Assembly: GCF_009914755.1 (NCBI RefSeq)
Contig: NC_060930.1
Source of the DNA: the human T2T-CHM13v2.0 reference genome, Homo sapiens
DNA: 64,000 bases
Strand: one strand, 5' to 3'
Shown here: in pieces, positions 39,720-53,719 of the stretch
Layout of the letters: every line of letters starts with the position of its first letter
How positions within the stretch are numbered: the first letter of the stretch is position 1
Translations under genes and position numbers: made by a program
Notes under the pieces: generated by a model
What the model was told of the DNA's origin: nothing
Seen by the model: only the letters and a program-made list of their open reading frames with translations
Databases searched by the model: none

Positions 39720-40360
39720 CCAGAACCTGAAATGTTTAACCTGGATGTTATAATCAGTGGGTAAAAGTGTGATGAGAAAAAGGATATTTGGATCCTCTCA
39801 TTATTTGCAGTGGGAAAAATAGTAACTTTACAGTAAAGAAACCTGGCAGCTACCACCTTGCCGAGTGGTCAGAGTTCACAGAAATAAGACAAAAGCCAAC
39901 ATGAAGCACTGAGGGGAACACAGCCTTCGTCGCTGCGTGGGATTTCTCCTGAAGGTGCAGCAGCTCAGTCTCATCATGAGGAACGTCAGGCCCAGACTGG
40001 GGGGCAGTCTGCAGACACCCGCAGTGCTCCACCAAAGCGCCAAGGTCGGAGAAGACGTGGAAAGACTGAGGAACCGTCTCAGACTGGAGGAGACCAAGGG
40101 GACACGACAGCTCAGAACATCAGGGACCCAGGATGGGCTCCTGGGCCAGAGAAAGGACAAGAGTGGGAAGGCTGGTGAAATTCACATCATGTTTGTAGTT
40201 GAGTGACTAGCACATTGTCAGTGGCTTTGGTCATCTTAAGATGTTATGTGACATTTTTTAACCTAGGGAGAGCTGCCTGAAGGTTTATGGGAACTCTGTA
40301 CTACTTTTATCATCTTCCTGCATCTAAACGTACTTGAAAACCAGAACATTTAAAATAAAG
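39720..40360 (+). mobile_element. L1MC/MD 3'UTR fragment
   Basis: aaaatagtaactttacagtaaagaaacctggcag...gggaactctgtactac. Confidence 0.6.
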
Positions 40361-43300
40361 GAATACAAGAGAGGAGGAGGAAGGTGACTAGGCCAGACTG
40401 TGTCCCCCAGTGCCGCACTGGTCTCAGAGCTGCCCTGCTCCTCACCTTCTCACACCCCAGGGTAGTTCCCCTCACCCATAGCTCCCACCTCTGCTGGCTT
40501 CAGCAGCCGCCCAAATGCTAAAACACTCACCCCCAAGGGATCTGTGGCCTGCTCACTGTGCCCAGCTCAGAGTTGCTGCACTTGTCCACTTAACTGCTAT
40601 AGTTGATCAGGAGAGGAACAAGCGGCACCGGCCTGCATCCCATTTCCCAGGCCACGTGTCCTTCCAGATAGAGGTCTTTGTACTGTATGTGCTACAAATC
40701 AGAAAACGCTGCTGCCCACCATCATGGAGCCACCTCCAAACTGGCACCTCTCAGGCCGTGCCGACGCCCTACCAGGCTGGCGGCTGTGGCAGGTGCTATA
40801 TGTGACTTAGCCACAGGACTCTCGGGTCCTGTCCCCTGACATGGTCTTTGCTGTGAGGCTGGTGTTCTGGTCACAACGCACCACCCTGAGGCACCCCATG
40901 CTGGTGGACTAGACCTTCCATAGCCACAGAGAGTGATGCTGCCTGAGGATCTGCAGGTGGGACAGGCAGACTCAGACCCAGAGGATATGCCCATGCCTGT
41001 TGGAGCCGTCAGCGTGCTGCCCAGCGCCCACAGGCGGGCCTCCCTGGGAATGGTGTCTTGTGGGCCGATCACATTGGCATCTCCTGCTGGCAGGCTGGAC
41101 ACTCAGTAGCAACAGCGACTGCATCAGCCTTTGGTAAGTCAGAGACTGTGCTGTTGAGGCCCCTCTGGCCAGCCCTGGGTGGCCAGCGACCACCAGCCAT
41201 CTCTCAAAGCTGTTCAGTGCCCCCTCCATGGCGGATGCTCTCAGGTGGACATTAATGTGAGACAGCAACCTGCACGCTTCCCATTCCTCCACCCACCACA
41301 CGCCTCTGTCCAGGACACCCACCCCTGCTGGCAGCTAGTGTTATTCTAACCTTGATCCACTTTTTTTTCTACACCAGGGGGTGACCAGGTGCATCTGCCC
41401 CCAGTGGGGGCATTTTCCTCACCACATTCTCTTTGAGGCCTGCTGGATGAGGCTCTGGTGAAGTTGCTGTCCCCTTTTTGGCTTGCCCATCCACCCAGTG
41501 AGCCAACCCACCCACAGGCCACACTCGGTCACAGGGAGTCCCCCCATGGCTGTAGGTATGAGCTGAGGCAGGGCGCAGGTACTCAAGGGTCTGGGGGTGA
41601 CGCAGGGGTCTAGGCTGCCGGCCCATGCCCTCTGGAGCTTGCCAAGCCCAGCTGTGCATCTGCCGCGGGCCCTGCCTGACCTTGCGCCTGTGGGGCTGAT
41701 GGAACTCAGCTCGTGGTGGTCACTCCCCACATGTCATGTGGGGTCCCGTGGTCGGGCGCTTTGCCTCTCCCAGTCCCAGCCAGCACTCCAGGCATGCCCT
41801 TCCCTGCTGTGGATGGCCCCACCGGCTGTGCTGCCCTCCTCCCTCTGGCACTGACCACAGGCTCCATATGCATCTTGTCCCACCCCTCCCTACTCAGCCC
41901 TGGCCTTTCAGCCTCACTCAGCAGGGCCCCCACCTCCCTCGTGCTTCCAGTAGCCATCCCAGCAGCCAGGTCAGACCATCTCCTGGGAACCTAGCAGGGC
42001 CAAATCAGTTTGGCAGGAGAGCCCCCACGTCAGTGAATCTCCTGTCCAGCTTGTGGTTGGGCCCCAGGTCAGGCGCCCTGAGAATCCAGGCCCTCGTGTT
42101 TTCTCACAGCTCCCACCTGCACCCTTGGCTGGGTCGTGCAGCCCGTTTCAGGGAAGAGGCGAGTTACAGGCCTGACGCCAGGAGAGGGGATGGGGCAGGT
42201 TTTGGGGGGCAGTGTTGCCTTGCTGAGAGATATTTGCCTTATCTTCTAGCAAGGGGGGCTTACGTGTTCTGATAGGGATGGGTGGGCCATGTCCGTAGGC
42301 TCGGGATCAGAGGAAGCTGGACTTCAAAGTTGGGGGCATTCACCCAGAAGCGCCTATACCAAGTTCTAGGGTACCTCCCCACCCCTCACAAGCTGACAGA
42401 CCCTCCTCCAGTGGCTGATTAACCTGGGTGGAGCTTGTCCACTCTTGCTGACAAGTCCAGGGGCTAAGGCCAAGTCTCAGCCCTCTCTGCCTCTTGCTCC
42501 CGGCTGCCCCTCTGCTTGCACCCATGTCCCTGCCCCTCACCTGTGAGAGTGTTAGCACGTGGACGGCTGCCTGTGCCAGGTACTGTGGCTTCTCCACCTG
42601 GCCTGTTGGGGGGTGGTCCCTCATTGCCAGCTGGGGAGCCGTGCAGTTTCTAAACCTCTCTTCACCCTCGGTCTGTCCACTCCCCTCGTCACAAGGTGGT
42701 TTCTCTGGAAGCTAAGATAGATTTGGGAAGCAGGGTCTGGTAGATTAGGTGCCAGCGTCCATGGAAGGGCAGAAAGGAAGCAGGATTGGGCAGAGCTGAC
42801 TGACAGGGAGCTCTGGAACCACGTGGCCTCACGGCGGTTCCCGGTGCCCCACTGCAGTTGGCCGTGGGGTTGGCGGCCCTGGGAAGAGCGGTCCATGGGG
42901 GAGGCCCTGAGCTCTCTGTTGCCTGCTGACAGCACTTCCCACAGCAGGCAGTTTGCTGGGGTGGGGACGTGGGTGGCTTATCCAAGTCATTTGCTTTGTC
43001 CTTTACACCGTACTGCACGCACCTGACACCACCAGACTCCCATGGTAGAGTCATTATCAGTAAAATCAGTTCATCGTAGTGATTACTGTAAACGAGACTG
43101 TGTCCTGCCAGTTAACCCTGTCCCGGCAGGAAAGAATCCTCATCGTCTGGAACATCCCGTGAATCTCATTTTGAGTTATTTATCCAAAGGAGGTTGAGAT
43201 CTGAGGTTCTGACCCCTCCCACTGTATGATCTATGTAGATGTGTGGTGTCGGTGCAGATGTGGGGCAAATACTAAACCACCTTGATGTTCAGACACATTT

Positions 43301-43512
43301 TGGCCAAAGACATTTTGGAAGTGGAGCCCTGGAGCTGAATGCTGCTCAGGGGTAGAGGTGTCAGAGTTCACCATTCCCAGAAAGGGCCGTGAGGCTTGAA
43401 GTCATCACAGGACGAATGCCTGCCCTCTGGTCAGCCGTGTTTCTCCCTACTCTACAAGCCTTGGCAGATCTTTACTTTACGCTTCCCCTGGAGATGTACT
43501 GGTGCCTCTTGA

Positions 43513-43761
43513 GCTGCTGCTTTCAACTGGGCAGTTTTCACCCCCGACCTCACCCCTGGGGAACAATGTCTGGAGACAACTTGGTTGTCACACATGAGGA
43601 GATGGCCGTTAGTAGAGGCTGGGGTACTGCTCGGCACCCTCCATAGCCCACGGGACAGCCCTGCTCAGCACCCTGCATGTAGCCCCCACAGGACAGCCCC
43701 CACACCAAACAACAGTCCAGCCCAGAATGTCCCTAGTGTCCAGGGGGAGAAACCCTGCTCT
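43513..43761. mobile_element. MER20 (hAT-Charlie) with small internal duplication
   Basis: caatgtctggagaca...ggttgtcaca...cacaggacagcccccacacc...gagaaaccctg. Confidence 0.8.
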
Positions 43762-45169
43762 AACTCAAGAGCGAAGAGCCTGCATTTCACTCGGCGTGAA
43801 TTCTACACTTTCTGAGCAGAGTATCTGACGAAGCCTCTCTACAGAAAGTGAATAAACGTTGTTCAGATGACTTCGACAACTCTTGTTGAAAGTGACTATG
43901 CAGATGATGTAAATGATGTCGTTCCTTTCATGAGCCTTTGGTGTACTTGAGCTTTCAGCAGCCTGAGGCAAGACTGGACAAGTGTGGTTTTCCCCACTTT
44001 GCATGTGCAGAGCTCTGCCAGGAGGATAAGCTAAAGGAATCACATTATCAAGATAAAAAGAATATGCAAATAGTGCAGGCTGTGTGGCCTCTCCTTTCTT
44101 ACAGCAGGCCCTCCGCTGTAGGCGAGGGCTACGTAAATCAGCCAAGGAGTCTCTTCCAGTTTAGCCTTCCTGGTGCCCAGTAGACATTCATGGAGTGCAT
44201 GGAGGATGGCACGGTCTGACGCCCACAGGCTCCCACGTGGAAATCTTGCACCTCTCAGGGGCCTGCTGGGGTGTGAAGCTGGAGAATGCCCAGCGAGTAC
44301 CTGAGGGCCTTACCCCACGCTCACACCTTGAGAGCCCTCTCTTGGGGACTTCAGAGACTGGCCTGAGGGAGCAGGTGGTAAAACCTCTGCCACAGCAGTC
44401 CCCATAAGGCTGAAGATTCCTGGATCCCCTCTGCTCATACTGGGCCAGTTTCCTCGCCACCCGTCCTGCTGTACTCTGGCCAAACTAAAAAGACATCTCT
44501 ATTTAACTTTCCTCGGCATTTCCCATCTCTCTGGATGGTTCCAGGATAACTTTCTTTTAATAGTTGGACAACTTTGACCACATCATGGGGTGATGTAGGT
44601 TGTCTACAGGGAGTCCCTGTGCACTCAGCCATCTCAGAGCAACGTGCTAGCTGGTCAGGTTCCCACCGCCTGCATCTGTGTGAATCGGTTATTTGGGTAG
44701 AAGTTTGAAACCTCTCATTTTGAAACTACTGAAAATAGTGTGTTTATATAAGAATATGCTCACGCAAATTGCGTGTATTTAATCCTATAATACAAATCTT
44801 ACCAAGGGAGATTTGTTGTTGTTGTTTTCTTGGGTGACTGTCGTTCAAACCAACTCACTGGCCGTGTTTAAGTGAAAAAGCTTTAACAACCTAGCGTGAG
44901 CCCTGTCATTTTTGCTCTTGAGTAAATTGAGAAATGCCCTTGCTTGTCCTGCACATCCAACCACCTGGAATGGAGAACACCGAAGGTAGGGAAAGGATCT
45001 CCAGGGATGAGCAGGCCTGGAGCCGGCGGGGCTGCGGAGGAAGACCGGCCGCAATGAGTGAGTGCTGAGCAGAGAGAAGGGCCGTTCTCGGCTGGTATCA
45101 GGCCCAAGAGAGTCAACAAAGGGGGGACGAAAGGGAGACAGGGAAGAGAACAGTGGTGGGGCTGTAAGT

Positions 45170-45188
45170 TGACCTCCAGGTGGCAGAA
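45170..45188 (+). promoter_or_regulatory. CTCF-like motif CCTCCAGGTGGCAG
   Basis: Fits CCNSYAGRKGGCR; lies in a CpG-enriched non-repeat patch. Confidence 0.4.
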
Positions 45189-45679
45189 AATAAAGTTGGA
45201 AGAATTGACTGGGACAGACAGCCAGGGCCCTGCAGGAAGGGCGGGAGAGGAAGCCTGCGGACACCTGCCCTTTGTGATTGAACCGCAGACACCAGGCCTG
45301 GCGGGGTCGCTTGCCTCCGCTGCCCAAGCTAAGGCTCCGCTAAGCTGGTCCTGAGAACATACTTCATGCTCAACTTCAGGGATGTGGCTGTAGTGTCCTC
45401 ACTCTATGCTGAGAATGAAAGAAGCACAGTCTATGAAAGGAAAACCCCGACAGCACAGAGCACTTCGTGCGGCAGCAGCACACCGGGAGTCCCACTCCCT
45501 TTCCTGCTGCGTTTGGATCTGCCGTGACAAGGACTATCAGAACCACTCACAGTAAGGTCGGGTCGCGTTTCTAAATCCACTGTTTATGGACCGTCTTTTC
45601 ACTGAGAAGAAGCTCGTCAGTTCAGGGGTTTCTAGAACTTCTCCAGACTCTTCAAAAACTCATGACTTTCTCCAAGTTG

Positions 45680-46104
<425 letters not shown>

Positions 46105-47274
46105 TCAAGACATTGACAGAAGGTGTATGGGCAGTCTTACACTGTCTCAGCGACTTCAGGGCCAAAACTGTCTTTTGTGATTTTGCCTCTTTTGGAAATG
46201 GAAGCCACCTACCGAAATTGTGTTTTACCAGAGCCCCAGGAGCTCATAGTCAAGGCTTTGTGACATCAGAGTTGTTAGGAAGGTTAACCGGGCAAGATAA
46301 ACGACAGACCAAAAATTGTCCCCTCAGGCCAGTGTGGAGTTTCTTTATCAGACATGTGTGCACCCCTTCCCGCCTTATCTCGGCATCTGTGAGCCTGTCA
46401 TTTGAATGATGTAAAATCCATACATGTTGTACTGAGACCTTAAAAGTGATCTAGTTCAGTGTCATGTATTAAAAAATAAAGTGATCTAGAATCCAGGACA
46501 AGGTTAAAATTAATTTCATATATACACATATATATTCTTTTAAAGAAAACCTAATGTTAGCTTTCTCCACTGAGCCGTGTGAGGTGACTGTAGCCAGCCC
46601 CTCAAGCAGATTACGGTCATTTTTCGCCACATTCAAGCCCTGGATAGTTCTGTCTTTTCGTATCCAAGCGATACAAGGCAGCCTCCAAGGTACGCTCTAG
46701 CAGAAACGGTCGCTGCCATTAGAATATTTTTTCTGTATATTAAAAACAAGTCACCATTGGCCTCCCAGATAAAGAAAAGGTTTGGTAGGAATTCTGTGCC
46801 TGGTTCAAATCCTTAAAATTATAAATTGCCTAACTTTGCATATGCTGATTTTCCCAGGATTGTTTTGTGTATTAAAAGAGCTCACACGTGGGAAGGGCCG
46901 GCATTAGGGGGAGGAAGGCAGATGGGAGGAGAGGAAGCTATACCAGTAACTTTTTAAACGAATGGCAAAAAGACCTTTTCTATTTTAGATTTCTTTATTG
47001 AGTCCCTGTAATTCTGTAGTAGGTTGTAAAATAAGACACTTTTTGCTTTCCTTTTTAAGAAAAAAATCATCAGCCCGATAGATTACTTTCCCACCTGCCC
47101 AATGGACTGCACCTTGCACAGGGTCTGTTCCCAGCGGCCCCTAGAGGATGTGCCCCATTTCCCTGCGGGGCTGGTATTTGTGAATGTCTCCCTTCGGTGT
47201 GGATTTTAAGGGATGGGTCTTCCCCGCCCGCCTCCCACCGCAATTCATATTACATCCACTCTTCTTCCTTGCAG

Positions 47275-47418
47275 GCAAACGAGATGCTGCTCAGTGGACG
47301 GAAGCTGACAGCGCAGGAGGCGTGTGGCAAGGGCCTGGTCTCCCAGGTGTTTTGGCCCGGGACGTTCACTCAGGAAGTGATGGTTCGCATTAAGGAGCTT
47401 GCCTCGTGCAATCCAGTT
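47275..47418 (+). CDS. CDYL: CDYL coding exon (144 bp)
   Basis: cttcttccttgcAG|GCA acceptor, GTT|GTATGT donor; ANEMLLSGRKLTAQEACGKGLVSQVFWPGTFTQEVMVRIKELASCNPV. Confidence 0.97.
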
Positions 47419-47768
47419 GTATGTCTAATTGCTTCTGTTACACGTTACTTTTTAAAAAATAGAAACTTTTCCCTCAGAGAGCTCACAAATTTGCAATTAT
47501 TCCTAAGTCCTTTACGTTTGTCCTCAACAGAGCACCTTCCCGTGAAGTCCTGCCAGAACCTATTGCCGCCACTGCCCCCACGCACGCCTTGCCTTCCCTT
47601 TGCAAATACCCAGGAACCACAGAAATGGACTTCAGTCTGAAATGTCAGCAAGTTAGCAAATGTCCTATGAAAGTCAACAACAACTAACATGGATATAATT
47701 CTTTACTGGTTCCAAAGCCTTTCAGTCACATTATTAGCTTCTCCCGCGTTTCCCCACAGTGGGCCTAA

Positions 47769-48077
<309 letters not shown>

Positions 48078-48106
48078 TCCTAAGTTTTTGTTTAATAAAT
48101 GTGCTA

Positions 48107-48556
<450 letters not shown>

Positions 48557-48906
48557 TCAACAGGCATCCCCAGAGCTTTCTGGGCATCAGCAGAGCAGAC
48601 GTCCAGTTCGGGGGTCCACGCCAGTATGCGGCAGTGGCGCGGGGCCGAGGCTGATCACAGGCTGGGTGCCGACAGCCCAGCTCTCCTTTGAAATAAGCCG
48701 TTTTGAAGTTAAGAATGCACCCAGTGCCAAGTGTGAAATGTGCTTTATACATATGTTAGGCCCGACATATTGTGAGAAAATGTCTGGTAACCTTTTTAAC
48801 AGGTGATTGCTGGAATTTGATGATTGCCTCCGTAAATGTGGAGGCACAGGGGACCCGTGTCTGCCCGCATGCACCCTGCTAACTGGCTGCTTGTTTTCCG
48901 GTGCAG

Positions 48907-49065
48907 GTGCTTGAGGAATCCAAAGCCCTCGTGCGCTGCAACATGAAGATGGAGCTGGAGCAGGCCAACGAGAGGGAGTGTGAGGTGCTGAAGAAAATCT
49001 GGGGCTCGGCCCAGGGGATGGACTCCATGTTAAAGTACTTGCAGAGGAAGATCGATGAGTTCTGA
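48907..49065 (+). CDS. CDYL: CDYL terminal coding exon part (159 bp including TGA)
   Basis: gtgcAG|GTG acceptor; VLEESKALVRCNMKMELEQANERECEVLKKIWGSAQGMDSMLKYLQRKIDEF* with TGA at 49063-49065 (too short for the ORF track). Confidence 0.96.
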   Translation: MLEESKALVRCNMKMELEQANERECEVLKKIWGSAQGMDSMLKYLQRKIDEF

Positions 49066-49246
49066 GTGTCGGGCTGCCCACTGGTGACACCGGGATCGGG
49101 CTGAGCAGGAGAACATCACCGGCTCCAGTTCCCCTGATCCATTCTCACAGCCTGAAACAAGCTCACCCGTAGCTTACGCTTGGAAGTAGGACTGGGAACA
49201 TCCACGCTATTTATTATCGAGGAGTTTTAAAGTACTGTAACTTTAA

Positions 49247-49252
49247 AATAAA
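49247..49252 (+). terminator. Proximal poly(A) signal candidate AATAAA
   Basis: AATAAA ~180 nt after the stop. Confidence 0.5.
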
Positions 49253-49971
49253 TAACTACAAAGCTTCTTTGTCCAAACGTCATTATTTTATACTTATATA
49301 CACGCAGGTGTAAAAGTATAAAGGTGAGCACTAGACTGCTCTTAGAAGCTCTAATTTTTGTTTTCTTTGGCTAGTACTGTATAAAAAACAGAATTGTGTT
49401 TTATTGGTTTTGGATGACAGAAAAGTCTGGAATAATGTTTGTTTTCCTCATTTCTTCCTTCTAGAACACAGAATCTAAAGGGGTATTAGCCAGCCTCGCC
49501 TCCCTGCCCCACGTAGAGACACAGAGTGATGTGAGGCGTTGGCTTTTTCTCCAAGAAGGTACAGATACCTCAGATTCGGGAAACTCAAAATCAAAAGACT
49601 TAGCTTCTAGGATAAATACTTCTGATGAAAAATCCGCTGAGGAGCATACCCCAAACCAGACATATGCTTAGGATTCATGCTGAGATATCAATTGGTTTCC
49701 CCTTCTTTTTAAAATACGTCCAGTTCTTACCCAGTTAACATGAAGAAACCACTGTCTCTAGAAGAAAGCTTGTTTTGCAGTATTAGTGAATCACTGAATA
49801 GCTTAAGTATGACTATCTAAGTTATAAGTTAGTCTTTAGTGGGTTTTAAATAGTTTTTCTGACCCTTCTGAAAAATAACTACATAAGTGCTTCTTGTTGC
49901 TGGGTGAGAAATACTACTTTATAGACAGTTTTGGTTTTCTGTTTGCAGATATGATTGATGTATTTCACCAA

Positions 49972-49977
49972 AATAAA
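49972..49977 (+). terminator. Intermediate poly(A) signal candidate AATAAA (ATTAAA also at 50061-50066)
   Basis: Hexamer followed by U-rich sequence. Confidence 0.45.
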
Positions 49978-50499
49978 ATATTTTTATGTTTATAAAGTGT
50001 AATTTTTAGGTTCACTTAGAATATATTTTATTTAATAAGTTAAAATTCTTTTGGCACACTATTAAATGCAAAAACTCCTTTCAAAACAAAAAAGAACTAC
50101 CTTATATTCAACATTTAATGTTCTTGGCCTCTGCTTTTATGTCTATACAATATACTGAGTTCAGTATGGTGTCCAAGAGTGCCCTGTGTGGATAGACATG
50201 TGCACTCCTTCCAGGAGTGGGTACTGATTCCAGACTCCAGATGCCTATTATTAGTTAGGCTTCTGAGCTTGCAATCATATTGAATGTATGAAGAGCGAAA
50301 TCAAATTCTTATTTTTGTACAGTTTTGAAGTTTATACTTAGAACTGACCACCTCCCCGGCCACGCGGAGAGCTGTACAGTGTGTAAATCTGCCTTTATCT
50401 TGGATTGATTGGTACAGTATTTTTGCATCTGTGGGACCTACCTTTTCGTTCAGTAGTTTGAACTATATATAAACTGTACAATCTGTAAAGTTTTTATAG

Positions 50500-50534
50500 A
50501 ATAAATATTCAGCTGTGAAAACTGGTTAAATAAA
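50500..50534 (+). terminator. Distal poly(A) signals (AATAAA at 50500 and 50529)
   Basis: Two AATAAA, upstream TGTA (CFIm) elements, downstream GT/T-rich element. Confidence 0.75.
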
Positions 50535-52828
50535 ACTAATATTTCTTAACACATTTGAAATGTTTCTCTGATTCTTGTGAGATTTCTCATGGGATGTTTT
50601 CTCTTTCGTGTGTGTGTGAGATATACATGTGTGTATAAAGCATCTGTACAGTTCAATGGAATGAAACCCTGTGTGACTAACACCTAGGTAGGACCTAACA
50701 ATTTGACCAGTATCCTCCCTGGTCACCTTCACCCGGGTGACCATTTCCTCACTTTGTGTCCATCATCCACTTCTCCTTCAAAGAACTTATTCCTAAAATA
50801 AATTACTTTTAGTTCTACATGTTTTTAACCTTTATATCATATCACAAATAAGCTTCTGTGACTGACTGACTTCATTCACTGTTAAGTTTTCTCTTACGTA
50901 GAGTTGTAACTTACTCCTTCTTTACCCAAACCTGTCGTGGCTGTTTTCACTCCTGTTTTACAGATGAGGAACCTGAAGAATTAAACACTTGCCCAACGTC
51001 ATGTAGGTAATTTGAACAGGAGTAGCATGAAGCTTTTACCCAAGGTCGATGTGGCAAAGCACATATTCTGGCAAAGACACCAAGATGTCAGTGTTGTAGA
51101 ATTCACAAATAGGGAACTGAGTAAAATCTCCAAGTTGTCTGTCTGCATCATCCGAGACTTTGAATCCTCTGGGCCTTGTGAGCCACCTCCCCTTTTTCTG
51201 AAGCAAACCTTCCACCTTCCAACTTCTTGCACAAGAATTGATCCCAACTAGAAGTAGCACTGGCGACAGCAGTGAAGTGCTTCTGTTTTGTGCCCTGCGT
51301 GGGTGAGGAGGAAGGGAAATGCGACTGCTCAGGTGGGTGAAAGTCTCGGTCCAACTTTTGAAGAGAATTTGACAGTAACTGTCAAATATAAAAAGCCTGG
51401 ACCCAGCAACTCCATCAATAAGGATTCATCTTAAGGAATGAGTGGTCATAGGAAATACAACAATAAAGATAGGTACGCAGTTAAGTTCATCTCAGGATTG
51501 TTCCTGACAGTGAAGCATTGGAAACTGCATTCATGTTCCTCAGTAGGGTTTTGGTTAAATAATTGTGCAACACCATCACAGTGGAATACACATTTATTGA
51601 AAAAGAATGTTGATGAAATCTTAGGTTTAAAGAAAATTGTATGCTTTAAAAAACTTTAAAGGATATGCATGAAAAACATCTTGTATATATCCAGTTCTCT
51701 CCCCTAGAGCTTCCCAGCTCCTGGGCTTAAGACTGCTCAGCCCCTCAAAGCCAAAGTCGGGAGCCTGTTACCCCTGAGAGCCAGAGACAGGCACAACAGC
51801 CAGGCAGCCTTGCTTCCTCGACCATGAGGGTAACAGTGATGATGGCACTTAACACTGCAGCATAAACCAGGCTCGCTTCGAAACACTTGATGTCCGTTTG
51901 CTCATTCAGTTTTTTGAGATTATTTTGCAGAGAATATTAATGTAATACACATTAATATGCTTTTCCCAGATCCACTCACTGAGCCCATCTGGTGGCCTGT
52001 CTGTACTGACCTCTCCTGTAACCAACTTTCCCCAGCTGGTGGCCTTCCTGTCCTAGCATCACTCTATAAAATGAGAGGTCTCAAATAGTCTTTAGGCAGG
52101 CTGATTTAGTTTGTGATGTCCCCAGCAATACTAGTGACAGCTACAGAAAATGAGAAGAACCCAGAACTCTGACGATCTTGGAGGGAAAAGTGTGCCAACT
52201 ACGTAAACGGGACTGTAGATGGCCTCAGACGGGCTGCTCCCATTCTCTCGCCCCATATTTGGTCAAGAGGGAGTGAGGGGTGCCCCCAGTCTCTGGGCAC
52301 AGCAGGAGCCTAGGGGGCTAGGGCCAGCCTCATGGCCAACTCCCTCTCATTGGGCTCCTCAGAGGCTCCAACCCACTGGTACACTTCTTCTTACACTAGT
52401 ATGAACAAGCGTTACAGCTTCTCCAAAAGAAAATCAAGTTCTCTCCCCTAGAGGTAAATATAAATATTTATAAATATTCTAAAAGAAGAAAATATATTTT
52501 CTGTGTGTTGCAAGAGAATTGGCACCTGCCAAATAGTGACACACAGCTTAAGAGGGAAAAACCCTGGGGACACAGGATTCTGTCATTGCCCTAGGGAAAC
52601 TCAGTCTCTGCTTTTCCCAGGTCCGCTCACTGAGCCATCTGGTGGCCTCTCTGTGCTGACCTCTCCTGTAACCAACTTTCCCCAGTGCATGGCCTTCCTG
52701 TCCTAGCATGCAGACAGGAGCTTTCTGAGGCTTTTCCGACAACAGCCCCAGGTTCGTGCCCCACCAAGTGTGAGAAGCTGTTTCTAAGCCGAAACTTTTC
52801 AAATGGACTCCAGGACATGCCAGGGAGT

Positions 52829-52846
52829 CCCGCCCTCTAGAGGAAG
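52829..52846 (-). promoter_or_regulatory. CTCF-like motif CCTCTAGAGGGCGG
   Basis: Reverse complement of cccgccctctagagga fits the core consensus. Confidence 0.4.
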
Positions 52847-53719
52847 GGAGAGACTCGGGCAGGTGAAAGCACAGATAACTGGGAATATGAGACCCTGGAG
52901 TACAGCCCAGAACTAAGGAGGAGAGGAGATCTCCGATGTTTCGTGCACCAGTTTAACTTTACATGTGAAGAAACTGAGGCCCAGAAGGGTCAGGCCACTT
53001 GCCCACCATCACACAGCCTGTTGGTGACCTAGCACCTGGGAAGAGAGGGCTACACTCCACTGCTCTATGCACTCTTCCCTTAAGTGGGAAGGCAAGGAGG
53101 GGACCAATGGCCTGTGGTGTCCAGCCCATCCTGGCATCCCATGGGCCTGTGATTCTCTGCAAGTGAGAGTGGTGGGGCAGCATGGCAGAACGGGTGGTTC
53201 CAGCCTGCCCAGTGGCTCTGGATTTAGGCTATTTTCAAGTCAACGCTAAACTTACCAGGGAATTCTGATGGTCTACAAGCTTTCTGCATCTGTAAGAGCT
53301 GGACCAGCCCACCGAGCTCTCTCAATACTAACTAGCATTTAAAAATAAATACCTTCACTATTTGGCAACAGGGGAATCCTCTCCTATCACAGGAATCCTC
53401 TCCCTCTTCCCTAGGGAACGTTCTGACAGCATGTCTGTCTGAAGAAGCAAACGAATGTCTGCTTTGGTGAAAATGACATTGAATGATTTCAACCCTGGTT
53501 TAAAACTTACTTTTTTGGCAAGATAAGAGACTAGCATTTCAAAATTTAAAATCTGTTTTATGACCTTTAGAGTCACAAGCACTTAAATGGCTAATAAATG
53601 GTTTAATACAGGTATTAGAATAAAAGCTAAGATCTAATGTATTTAACATTAATTCTTATTTTCTTAAATTTTATATACTAAAACTGGGTAAATTATATAC
53701 ATATATATGTCTATCACCT

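Larger units (their letters stand above)
49066..50555 (+). other. CDYL: CDYL 3'UTR (end approximate)
   Basis: AT-rich, repeat-free sequence after the stop; several AATAAA; UGUA-rich stretch before the distal AATAAA pair; GT/T-rich sequence downstream. Confidence 0.8.

Noticed and set aside
40380-43050. Dense overlapping ORFs in a GC-rich region
   Set aside because: Stop-codon scarcity from GC content; no coherent protein family or splice-consistent frame
48587-49090. 167-aa minus-strand ORF
   Set aside because: Antisense shadow of the GC-rich last coding exon; low-complexity S/P composition
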